Source of the DNA: Nemertoderma westbladi
Lineage: Eukaryota > Animalia > Xenacoelomorpha
Direction: 5' to 3'
Assembly: GCA_032718475.1 (NCBI GenBank)
Contig: JAUCBJ010002378.1
Location: 1-36,428 of the forward strand
DNA: 36,428 bases
The notes under the pieces were generated by a model. The model searched no databases and was not told the DNA's origin. It saw only the letters and a list, made by a program, of their open reading frames with translations. Below are positions 24,599-35,690 of the stretch, piece after piece. Position 1 is the first letter of the stretch. Each line of letters begins with the position of its first letter. The translations under genes and the position numbers were made by a program.

Positions 24599-25551
24599 CA
24601 ATTATTTTAAATAATTGAATTTCTGAATTTTTTAGTGGTTACTTGGTTACTTTACTTACTTTATTACCGTTATTTGAGCAGTAGTCCAACTGATATTTAG
24701 ACCTAATTGATGTATGGCAGGCCTACTATTTATAAATCGTTTGAGTTGATTTATAATATATATACCCGTTAAAATGGGTTTTGTCAATATTTGAAATAAA
24801 TGTTATTATTTCTGGGGAAGTCACTACACAGAAGCTATGCGCTCTCAGTGAAGTGCTACTTGTTGGACACTAAAACAAATAATTCTAATTTACCTAAGTT
24901 ACTTAATACTACAAATTACATACAATTCGGGGTGAGATTACAATCTCTAAATAAACACAAAAAATTTACAAGTACGAATTTTTAGGGTAATTTTACAAGA
25001 AGTCTACAAACCAGCCTAACAAAGGGTTAGAATATCTGGTTATTACAACGGACAGGTTACTACGGTATTTGAAAATAATAAGTAGTAGTAAATATACTGC
25101 GTTGTCCAGATAGGAAAATACCACCGTCTGACGACTTATAGCCGTATCGCTATAAGTACTACGTTATGTATCACGGAGTGTTCCTACCTAGAAGTTAATT
25201 ACCGCGGTCTACCAGAACCAATGTGCCTATTAACCACTTTACAACACAAATATACTGCCTACACACTAATCACCTTCGGAAAGCACTGTACACTAAACCC
25301 TAAATTAGGTACAAGTACTTATATAACAAATAATCAGTAGTTAGAAATACTTTAACAGCTAAAAGAACCACGGTATCTGCCGGAGTGACCAAAGCATAAA
25401 ATCTCCAGTCTTTACCTACGCCAAGCAGCCCTGATGTAGTACCGGGGTTAGTTTAACTGTAACGGTATATATAACAAGCACAATTACTGCAGGAATAAAC
25501 TTGGGGATATGAATGTTGCGAATAATAGCATAAACTCTGAATAATAAATAT

Positions 25552-26119
25552 TACGCTACGCGTACAGACTACTCAAACAAAATGCAGACCAAATACTGAC
25601 AGACTACTATCAAGCCTAAACAAACTACGGTATATGCAGACTCCGAAATGGTTAGTTAGTATGCGTTCTAACCTAGTAGTACGACTTATTCTTTCAGAGG
25701 GGGTTTACCTCACAGCACTGGAAGCCCCTACGTTCCCAACTGGCACTTTATCGGACATACACTCTACACACACCGAAATTTCCTCAGACCTAACAACAGC
25801 CAGACAACTATCCAGCCTACAAATTATCTAAATAAGAATTATACGCTACCTGTATAGACTACACAAACAAAGTACAGACCAAACGCTGGCAGACTACTAT
25901 CAAGCCTAAATAAACTACAGTATATGCAGACTCCGAAATGATTAGTTAGTATGCGTTCTAACCTAGTAGTACGACTTATTCTTTCAAAGGGGGTTTACCT
26001 CACAGCACTTGAAGCCCCTACGTTCCTAACTAGCACTTTATCGGACAGATGCTCTACACACACTGCAATCCGTTCAGACTTAACAACAGTCAGACAACAG
26101 TCTAGCCTACAAATTGTCT
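25552..26119. repeat. ~289-bp tandem duplication in the BEL leader
   Basis: Copies at 25552-25829 and 25841-26119 share long identical blocks, e.g. TTAGTTAGTATGCGTTCTAACCTAGTAGTACGACTTATTCTTTCA. Confidence 0.92.
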
Positions 26120-26387
26120 GTACAATCTGAGCAGGCTTACACGCCTTCTGCTCAATATTGGCCTACAAATAAATAAAACTTGACAGAAATAGGCCTAAGT
26201 AAAATCCCAATAAAAACCAGGCGTCCCCGATTAATTATTAAGACCTACTGGTATATAATAATCAAAATCTAATAATACTGCTGTACCTGTACTGCTGTAG
26301 GTACCGGTCCGGGTGGTTAGGTAGTCAGGCCTACTGGGTACCGGTTGGCCGGTACTTCAGCTTTATTGCCTACTGCAATACAGAAGC

Positions 26388-26399
26388 TATATCCGTTAT
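26388..26399 (-). promoter_or_regulatory. Non-tRNA primer-binding position of the BEL element, complementary to its own LTR (candidate self-priming site)
   Basis: The minus strand after the LTR CA reads ATAACGGATATA with no TGG. Its exact complement lies in the LTR at 27113-27124. Confidence 0.6.
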
Positions 26400-27556
26400 T
26401 GTTCGCGCTTTCAGACCTTTAGCAGTTTAACCTGCCAAATTTGGATGTCTTTTAGATGATAAATAGTCTTTAGCCTATAACAAGTATTTGATACACTACA
26501 TTAGCCGAATCCAGTCTATGCGCGATCATTCACCCGCTGGATATACCCGGGAGACTGGATTCGGAAGCCTAACCGTATTGCGAGGTAGGCCTACTGTATT
26601 ATTCGACTGATCGTAATATATATAATCTCTGACAAATATTATTCACTTTCGGGAAATATTAACAGTTCCTTTAGGACGTGGCGCTTTAAATATATAAACA
26701 GAGTTATGACTTAAACTATACACAACGGGATGGCTATAGATTCACGTATATGGCGCATTCTTTAGGAGATGCTTCGTTATCAATCACAATCATACACAAT
26801 ACTGCACAATGCTGCACACTAATCTGCCGACCTTCACTAATTTTAGTCACATATAAGGAGAACAACAGACAATACGTGTAGGGCCTATAAAATAGCATTA
26901 GATTCACTTCAAACCACTTAATGTAAGTCGCAATCGTTATATGTATCCGGTCTCTCTAACCTTTAGTATATCAAGAAGATTGGGGTGTCTGATTGTTTAC
27001 CAGTATTCCGAATATAATATTCCATCAACAAATATAATGAATAACCGACAGTAAAAGCAGTAATGTTAAGGTATGAATGATTATGAGTGACTGAGTTATG
27101 AGAGTGAGTAAGATAACGGATATACGTTCTATAATTAAGCCTACTAATGTTGATGCTAAAGACTGAAACACGGAGGTTCCACGCCGGTGTTGTAGGCTGT
27201 GGACAAAATCACATACTGACTCACTTCCCTAGTTTCTATATACCATCTCCAACACAGAGGCAAAAAACGCTCTGATTGGTCGACCGAACAAAGAGAGAAC
27301 AAAGAACAAAGAGATGTTCTACATGGCAATATCAGCTGTTAGCCGTCGTCATGGTAGCTACACTGTTTCAAGAGGATCCGGCGTATTGCGTCGTAGAATT
27401 GCTAATCATGTCCGCTAAAGTACACATACAGAAGAAATGGCTTTTATGTCCTCTAAAACAACAATACAGTAAGGACACGGCCTTTTATGCCTGTTAAACA
27501 AACTACAGAGTACTTTACGGGGAAAATAACCGGCTAATTACGCAAAAGCCTTTACA
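26400..27556 (-). repeat. BEL 5' LTR (1157 bp)
   Basis: TGTTCGCGC...TTTACA. It differs from the 3' LTR by about 7 substitutions and 3 indels on my manual comparison. Confidence 0.96.
27212..27280 (-). promoter_or_regulatory. Candidate LTR core promoter (CCAAT, TATA-like, Inr-like)
   Basis: Minus strand has ACCAATCAG (27280-27272), TATATAG (27242-27236) and TCAGT (27219-27215). The TATA-Inr spacing is slightly short. Confidence 0.45.
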
Positions 27557-28345
27557 ACCTGCACACATTAACCCAATTAAAATTAAAGTTAACAAACTTA
27601 TCAGAGCAGTTACTTTCAGTCACTACCAAAAACACGCACCACCACTTTACAAACAACTTAACATACTTCCGATCGAACAACTACACCGACTCGAAACCGC
27701 AAAATTAATGTGGGAAATCAACCACGGAAAGAAACAACCTTTTATTACCTCACTGTTTAAACAAATATCCACTATACATACATATAACACACGGTCAGCC
27801 TCAAGTAAAAACTGTTTTATTCCACGTATACGTTTACAACACGCACAAAAATCACTAAAATATCACGGTGCCATTGTCTGGAACTCGTTAGACAACAGTC
27901 TAAAACAATGCAAATCTAAAATATCACTCGCACACAAATTAAAAATTCAATTAATTTCTGAACTAAACTAAATAAAACATCAATACTGAACATAAGGGTA
28001 CTTAAGTAGGTAAACTAAATTAAATAACATAAATAAATAAATAAATAAAATAAAATTTAACAGTAAAACAATAATCACTTGAATAACTAACTTTTTTATA
28101 AACACAAACAAATACTATACACACATACTATAAAAGTATACATAAAAGACCGCTGACCGAAGCCAACTACACTAGCTTAGGCTACAGTTGGCTTCTATCA
28201 GTGCATTGCATCATAACTCTAAAAGACGCCCCCTAACCCTAACCGAATTCGTCAATACCTTTCTAAATATTACCAAAGTGGTGGCGGTTATATTACCGGT
28301 ACAGTAATGTGCGGTCTATTTGAGAAAGGAAATAATAATCAGTTA

Positions 28346-28361
28346 ATCGTCCGGGTCACCA
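28346..28361 (-). promoter_or_regulatory. Gypsy-1 primer-binding site, tRNA-Trp type
   Basis: Minus strand TGGTGACCCGGACGAT resembles the tRNA-Trp PBS TGGTGACCCCGACG. Just upstream on the minus strand is a short LTR-end-like remnant with AATAAA (28362-28410). Confidence 0.8.
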
Positions 28362-28400
28362 GTTTAGTGTGAGCTAAATTATGTTCTAAAACTTTGTTGT

Positions 28401-28960
28401 TTATTGTAAATCTTCAACCAAAATCTTTCTAAGACGTTCAATATCGCTTTCTGCGAGGTGAGTTATGATGTTTTCTTTAATCTGTTCGAAAGAATCATTT
28501 ACGTTGGCACCCGAATCAAGAATCGTTTCTGTTGGCAATACAGCCAACAGGTTCATTTCATTGAAGAGGGGGTATGACTTTGCAGGATCTCTTCGATTTG
28601 TTGGAACCACACTCTAGCGTCATGGAGTAAAACTCGGGCAGTTTTACTTTCTTGTTGCAATTGCGCTATTATCTGGATGACCTGATGTTGTGGCATTTTT
28701 TAGCAGAATCTTTACCACAGTTTGGTTCTCCATATTCAGTTCATCGATTATATCGCCCTTTTTTCCCGGTGATTGGAAAGTGGCATATCATCCGATCGTA
28801 ATTCGGTTAACACTTCTAGTAGGTCGGCTAGAAGTAGGTTCTAGTAAATTGATAATGACTTTTTTTTTTTTAGAGTAAATTTAATTTGTACACTCATCTG
28901 GGTCACCAATGTATCTCTGTAGTGACGCAAATTTATTTTTATGACCGAGGGTCACTACTC
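28401..28960 (-). mobile_element. Second Gypsy family 5' fragment (LTR end, tRNA-Trp-type PBS, decayed gag)
   Basis: Minus strand ...TACA-T-TGGTGACCCAGATG at 28913-28895. Gag motifs KVKLPEFY..ARVWFQQIE and FEQIKENIITHLAESDIERLRKIL. Confidence 0.8.
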
Positions 28961-30267
28961 AGTTAACCAATGCGACTTGGGGGGGGGGGGGGGGGGGGGG
29001 GGGGTGGTGAAATTTTTAATTTTTTAAATTTGAAAGTTTTTGAAATTTTTTTTCGCTATAAAATTCAGAAATTTTTTTATTGAATCTACTGTAGAGCAGA
29101 ATTCTATAGTGATTTCAAATCTGAAAACAGCTTAGAGAGATCTCTTTTTAGTTCTCAGGTTATCATGGAATCTATGTCTGCCAAAATGTTTGTCAAAATG
29201 TAAAACTGACATCGCGAATGAAATCAGCGACCCCGAAAACCCACATAAATATATTTTTACCTCTGTGCGGTGTACTTCATTCATGTGAGACACTATTAAC
29301 CCCATACAGGTACCGACACACATGTAGTTTAGCGCGAGAAGGTTTGGACTTTGAAGTCGATTATCTCAGAATGACATTTTTGTAGCACGAAAAATACAAC
29401 TCCTCCGCCATTTCTTAACACCGTTTTTTACAATTTTGCTTTATATGATTTATATACAATTTATGCTTTTTGCTTTATAGGTAATTTCATAACCTTCAAT
29501 AAATTTCGAGCAGTATTCTTAATTTAATATAGTATTTCCACTTTTTTTATTGAAAAATTAGAAAAAACATAGCTGTTTTTACAGTGATTTATGTACCGGT
29601 GCTTTTGATGATTGTCTTTTCTATGGAATATCGTTTTCTATGCATTTTTCAACCATATTGTAGACATGTACAAAATAAGAAAAAACCGTGGGGGGGGGGG
29701 AACCTTAACGAAAAATAAATACGATTCAACTATATTAATTACAGCTGTTCCACTCTGGCATTGCAATGTTAGATAGAGATAAACGTTACAATATTATAAC
29801 AAAAATTTAATTAACACGCCAATCGGTACAGAAAAGTTTCCAAATAACCAATCAGATTGTAAATTAGAACTAACACCAACTAACTACATAACAAAACACA
29901 CCCCACAAAACTCGATAAACAACACAACGATATTGTAATGAATTATATCACCGTTATTTCAACAAAATACGATTAGCGCGTTTACAAAATATATAATTTA
30001 TAACGGACACAAACAATATACTGTAGTACATTTTCGAACCACACTAACCTAAACAAACACATTAATTACACTGCTTTTAAATCAATTGAACAATAAGCTG
30101 ATTTACTGATAACTAAAATAATACTTAATTATAAAGATAGACTCCATTTTTATACTCTTGAACAAAAAATTGATTGATTGGTTATTATAACAAAGACAGA
30201 TACAGTACTGTTATTGTTATATTTTAGACAGATACCTATTTTTAAAGAGATGGTTTAAACGTTTCAC

Positions 30268-30549
30268 TTATGAATAGAATATAAGACGTTTATTGTAGAA
30301 TACGAGGTTGCCTTCGCTAGCTAAAGAGTCATCCCGGCTTGCTTGCGATATATGACTGTCGTCGCTAATGTAGCACGAGTTTCTATGGTGATTGATATAA
30401 GCTGTGTACTGACCAGCTTCAATGGTGCCACAGTAAATAATTATTAACGCTAAACAGTTCGTACCTGTAAAAATTGGAAAAAATAAATTATTATTACCAA
30501 TTAAACTGTGTAACAGCACATATGTGGCTAGTGGAAAGGTTCTCTGCAA
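30268..30549 (-). pseudogene. Degenerate ubiquitin-specific protease (USP, peptidase C19) His-box fragment
   Basis: LALIIIYCGTIEAGQYTAYI...CYISDDSHIS...EGNLVFY resembles the USP consensus L.AV..H.G....GHY.AY....W...DD..V.......Y.LFY. Confidence 0.6.
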
Positions 30550-30633
30550 TCACTTAACAGCACATGTTCAAACGTTTAAAGAAAATTTTGGAAGATAACA
30601 CTAAAATTATGAGGCTAAACTATGGCTGTTTTA

Positions 30634-33600
30634 CTACTACTACTAGGTCGAGCGAACTCGGACAGTGGAAATGAGATCCTTCCAGGCTTCCCGATTCTCC
30701 ATAGTTGTCGCAATTTCGTTTCTCCCAAGTTCAGTATCCCTTTCAAGTTGATCTATATATGTTATGGCCGGTCGTCCACGACTACGCTTTCCAAGAGTTG
30801 GTTGCCAGAGAAGTAGATCTGGTATGACCTCGTCTTTACTTCGCCAGCAGTGCCCACTGAATCTTAATCTGCGTTCACGGAGGGTGGTTGATACAGGCGG
30901 TATTGTACCATAAAACTCGGCCTTTGTCACGTGTTGTCTCCAGCTGATGTTTTAGGGCTACCCTTAGTAGTCTTGTGTAGCAACCATCAATTCGTTGTTC
31001 AAGTGATTTAGTCAGTGTCCAGGTCTCACCCCCGTATAAAAATACACATTCCACTGTGGCTCGAAATAACTTAGACTTCGGGTGCCTGGAGAGATCTGAT
31101 TTCCAGATGGTATCCATTTTTGATAGAGCTACCCAAGCCTTTGATTTCCTAACTTCTATGTCCTTTTTGCTACTCTCTATCCATGATCCAAGGTACTGGA
31201 AGTCATCGACCTTCCTTAGTTGATTATTTATTATCAATGGTTGTCAAGTTTCCATCAACATCAAATGTCATGAATTCGGTCTTGGTAGCATTTATATGCA
31301 ATCCAACCTCCTTAGCAGCCCTCTCAACTTTATTTAGTAGAAGCTGTGCATCTGCTAGCGTATTAGAGAGCAGGGCGATGTCATCCGCAAAGTCGGTGTC
31401 TGTGACTGTAGTTGCCGGATATCTACTACTTCTGCGTTCTTGAAGTGTGAATCCCAGGTCTTCACCCTTTGTGGCTGTCCTCATTGCGTAATCCAGCACA
31501 ATTACAAATAGTAATGGTGCTAATGTGTCACCTTGCAGTACGCCAGCCAGGATTGAGAAAAACTCAGTTTCACCATCTGGTGAGAGTACCTGCGCTTCTG
31601 TGTCACAATATAACAATCCGATGCCAGCAACGATTACTTCTGGTATTCCATAAGCTCTTAGGATTTCAAGCATTTTACCTCTATGGATGGAGTCGAATGC
31701 CTTCTTGAAGTCCACAAAAGTCATGACTGCGGGGAGATTCTATTGTTGATCTACTTGGTCGAAATCCGTTTAGGCTCTTACGCAGTAGTTTCTCCATGTG
31801 AGGCCTAATCCTATATAGAATCATTTTATTGTATATTTTGGCAGCTACTACAAGCAGACAGATCCCACGATAGTTTGTTGGTATGCCGAGGTCTCCTTTC
31901 TTGGGGAGAGGCTTTAGTTGACCTTTAGTCCAAATTGGTGGTGGCTTTTCCCCTTTTAACATCCGGTTGCAAACATTCATTCAATAATGGTCTATTTAGC
32001 ACTCCGGTTTTCCATACCTCCGCTGGGATTTCATCTAATCCACTCGCTTTAATATTGGACATGCTTTTAATGCTTCTTTGGAGCACGGCAGGTGTGAAGT
32101 TCCCTGTCTCTATAGGTAGTGTCTTGTCATATATTTTCCTTGTAGGGCTGACCTCGATGTTTGGTGGCTGCCCAAGCAAGTTGCTGAAGTTCCCAACACG
32201 TTCTTCTGGACTATCGGATTTGAGGCGCCCCGTTGCACAACTTTTCCGACCAGATACCTCATTTACAGTTTGCCAGGTAAGTCTTGATTGTTGCTGTATG
32301 TGAGCAGTTGTAATTGCTTCAATTTTACCCTGTATGTACTTTTCCTGGCTGATGTTGTAGGCCAATTTAAGATCGTCCTTATCTTTCTCAACCTTGTTAA
32401 TGTTTTCGGTTGTTGGTTGTTCGGTTTTAACTTTGTAGGCTATTTTAAGAAGATCTTCTCTCTTCAAGTAACCTCAGAGTTTTGCCATGGCACATACTGT
32501 TTTGTTTGGGTTTCTGGGGGATATGCCTCTTAGCTGATTCCTTGTGGGCTGTTATTATATTCTGGTATATTGAATCGGTGCGGTGGACTGGTCTTCATCC
32601 ATTGACTGAAGTGCTTCAAAGCGGTTTTGAACTTCTACTGTGTAAGCATCCTTTACAGCACTGTCAATTCTGAGTTTCTCCCAGTCATAGTTGATTTGCT
32701 TGCTTGTCCTGGGTTTGCTGGCTCTCAAACTGAATCTGATCTCAGCAGTCACAATTCTGTGGTCCGAACCAATTAGGTTGAACGAGCTGTATGCCTCGCA
32801 GTTAGTTGATCATGCTGTTTCTCCACTTTTTGTTTATAAGGATGTAATCCATTAGGGTATTGAAAGGTCCATAGCTTACCCTTACTCTTTTGGAATGTGT
32901 TGTTTGTTGGTATCAATTCACATTCTTCCATTAGGTCTAAAAGTAAGTACCCATTTCTGTTAGAATTGGTGTTTTAGGTGTAACCCTTGATGTCTTCTGG
33001 GCCAATTTGCGCATTCAGGTCACCAGCAATAACTTTAATATTGTGTTTCGGAATGTCCTTCATAAGCCCAGTCAGATCTTCATAAAACTTGACTGCTTGT
33101 TCTGGCTCTGAGGCATTGGTTGGACTGTAGCAACATATAACTGTTGCCTTGGGATTCCCATCAAATGTTGCGATCATAACCCTGGAATTTATAGATTCGA
33201 TGTTGTTTAGGGTCTTAAGTGCAAATGGGCTTATCAGAATTCCTACTCCTCCAATTGATGCATTGGCCGAGTTTCTTACTGCTGAGCTTGTTACTAACGT
33301 CCATCCATTTCCAATGTCATTGTACTTCATGGCAGTGCCTTCATGACAAATCCGATGTTCTTGGATGCAGATGATGTCGATGTTATATTCCATTGACAGA
33401 GCGACCATGTCACCCTGTTTGGTATGTGCTTTCAGCGTGCGTGCGTTCATTGTAGCAATCCTTAGTGTTTTTTTACATTTCAACAGGTTTGGTTCTTCTT
33501 TCTTCTCTGTTTTCTGTTCCAGTAGCCAATTTATCGACCCCAGCCTCAGCCTGGTGTACCACTGAGGGACGCGGTCCTTGTTGACCCGGGCGACGACCGA

Positions 33601-33759
33601 GCCGGTATTTCTCCTGGAGGGTTCTCATACCCATTACCTTCCGCCGACCTTGTCAGCATGTCTAGCCGTTGGTTGATTATCTTCCGCCTATCCATGGCCT
33701 ACAGCCCTGCTGCCGACTATAGGTGTTCTTTTGTTACACCTTGAACCAAGTAGGCTGTA
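30634..33759 (-). mobile_element. Near full-length RTE-clade LINE (about 3.1 kb), frameshifted
   Basis: APE endonuclease at 32974-33483 (IATMNARTL, ICIQEHR, YSPT, IAGDLNA). RT motifs FVDFKKAFDS, GVLQGDTLAP and DFADD. C-terminal LRFSGHCWR...RGRP. (TAG)n tail at 30634-30645. 12-bp TSD ATGGCTGTTTTA (30622-30633 and 33760-33771). Confidence 0.94.
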
Positions 33760-33981
33760 ATGGCTGTTTTAAAACCGATTTAAAATAGTTATTTATTACA
33801 TGGAAAGTAAATATAGCGTTTTATTTCCCTTCGACATTCAGAAAGCCATCCGATATATCCGAACGTGTCTATATCAGGTTATAATTGGCTGTCTTAAGTC
33901 AGAGTGGCGCCATAAACCCTAATTAAAGCAACCATGTAAGCCTAACCCTAAATCACGAGGCTATAACATGTAACCCATACC

Positions 33982-34720
33982 TTAACCCTATTAAACCCGG
34001 GGGGGGGGGGGGGGTGGTCAATATGAACGCCCCGTGGATTTTTTGTTATAATTCTGAGACATAAGCAGTTGGGAATCTGAAATTTTATGACTTTTCCTAA
34101 AAATCTATTGTCTTCCTAGAGGTGAAAACCGTTTTCAATAATATTGGGTATAGTTTTCGAGTTATAGCACTATTTTAACCCTACTTTTGGCACTTTTTTT
34201 TGAGACGTTTTTTGAAAATTACATTTCATGAAATATGATTTGTAACATCTCTAATTTTTATTTACACCGGTTTTTTGGCGTTAGCAATTAGATGGAATTC
34301 ATATAAATTAATTTAGAAATTTTAAACTAGTTTTTTCGCGGGTGCCAAATTTTGGATTTTGAAAATCCATTCAATAGTTAAAATTGCTTGTGACAATTAT
34401 TTCTTGCGTTTTAGACGTTTATGGCTGTTCTGAATTCAATGGAATATATAATTATCGAACTAGACATCTAAAACTTGTATTTTTCGGAAGTGGGTACAAA
34501 ATGTGGTGCTGGCACCAAATTTTAAAAACCATCAAATATATAAATTGAATGTGTCACCTTGTTTCTTGCGTTATACGTGTTTGTGAGGGTTCTGAATTCA
34601 ATAGAATCAGTAAATATTTTATAAGAGTTTTCAAACTTGTATTTTTCGCCGGTGGGTGAAAATTGTTGTGCCAGCACTACATTTTTTAAAATAAGCAAAT
34701 TGATCCATGACCTACGATAG
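33982..34720. mobile_element. Possible piggyBac-type non-autonomous element (left end only) with diverged ~160-bp internal repeats
   Basis: TTAA-CCCT start followed by a G run. Repeats TTTCTTGCGTT...GTTCTGAATTCAAT at about 34400 and 34562. No matching right end seen. Confidence 0.35.
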
Positions 34721-34928
34721 ATACGACCCGCCAAGCTGCTGCAAAGCCCCTAGATTTAGTGGGCCAGTTATTTATCTTAGATAGAACCCCTGAAACAATA
34801 TGTCAGCACGTCGATAGTAAAATCGTCGATAGTCAAATGTACTTGTCCCTCACTAAAATTATGTCCTCTTTCAGATGAGGCAGATAAAAAATTTTTAACT
34901 CCAGTAAGTTTTTCCCATTCCCTGTTTG

Positions 34929-35690
34929 TACACCCCTTCCCGGATCCAATAAAACTTGGAAATTAACTTGAACCCGCGATTTACACCCCTTCCCGGATCC
35001 AATAAAACTTGGTAATTAACGTAAATCCGTGTTTTACACCCCTTCCCGGATCCTTAAAACTTGGTAATTAACATAAATCCGTGTTTTACACTCCATCCCG
35101 GATCCAATGAAACTTGGTAATTAACTTGAATCCGCGATTTACACCCCTTCCCGGATCCAATAAAACTTGGAAATTAACTTGAATCCGCGATTTACACCCC
35201 TTCCCGGATCCATTAAAACTTGGTAATTAACGTAAATCCACGTTTTACACCCCTTTCCGGATCCAATGAAACTTGGTAATTAACTTGAATCCGCGTTTTA
35301 CACCCCTTCCCGGATCCATTAAAACTTTGTAATTAACTTGAATCCGCGTTTTACACCCCTTCCCGGATCCAATAAAACTTGGTAATTAACTTTAATCCGC
35401 GTTTTACATCCCTTCCCGGATCCAGTAACAGTTGGTAATTAACATGAATCCGCGTTTTACACCCCTTCCCGGATCGAATAAAACTTGGTAATTAACGTAA
35501 ATCCGTGTTTTACACCCCTTCCCGGATCCATTAAAACTTTGTAATTAACTTTAATCCGCGTTTTACACCCCTTCCCGGATCCAGTAACAGTTGGTAATTA
35601 ACATGAATCACGCGTTTTACACACTTTCCCGAATCCAATAAAACTTGGTAATTAACGTAAATCCGTGTTTTACACTCCATTCCGGATTCA
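34929..35690. repeat. Minisatellite, 53-bp unit, about 14 copies
   Basis: Unit TTACACCCCTTCCCGGATCCAATAAAACTTGGTAATTAACTTGAATCCGCGTT repeated in tandem. Confidence 0.95.

Larger units (their letters stand above)
10605..27556 (-). mobile_element. Full-length BEL/Pao LTR retrotransposon, 16.95 kb
   Basis: Two TG...CA LTRs of about 1.1 kb, 5-bp TSD ACCTG (10600-10604 and 27557-27561), and a BEL-type gag-PR-RT-RH-IN polyprotein. Confidence 0.96.
9741..28345 (+). mobile_element. 5'-truncated CR1/L2-group LINE (9741-10604 plus 27562-28345) inserted in the Gypsy-1 PBS and split by the BEL element
   Basis: RT motifs QYGFR, IDLKKAFDT, PQGAIL and LFADDT. The frame continues across the BEL insertion (WGNAQP|AHINPIK...HTYNTR...IVWNSL). 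TSD ATCGTC at 9735-9740 and 28346-28351. Premature TAG at 10439-10441. Confidence 0.9.
2250..28410 (-). mobile_element. Degenerate Ty3/Gypsy LTR retrotransposon (Gypsy-1), split by nested insertions
   Basis: Order on the minus strand is PBS-gag-PR-RT-RNaseH-IN. Gag motif VKLPTFWTSDPEIWFTQVEAQF, RT YLDD, IN RFGIPDDLTLDRDAQF and ANGMVEWMHRQLK. The pieces rejoin when 3249-7016 and 9741-28345 are removed. No 3' LTR recognised. Confidence 0.88.

Noticed and set aside
29000-29700. Possible DNA transposon remnant
   Set aside because: It looks TE-like, but I could not establish a TIR pair or TSD.
34929-35690. CRISPR-like array
   Set aside because: Units are contiguous with no unique spacers, there are no cas genes, and the context is eukaryotic. 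The same applies to 24345-24598.
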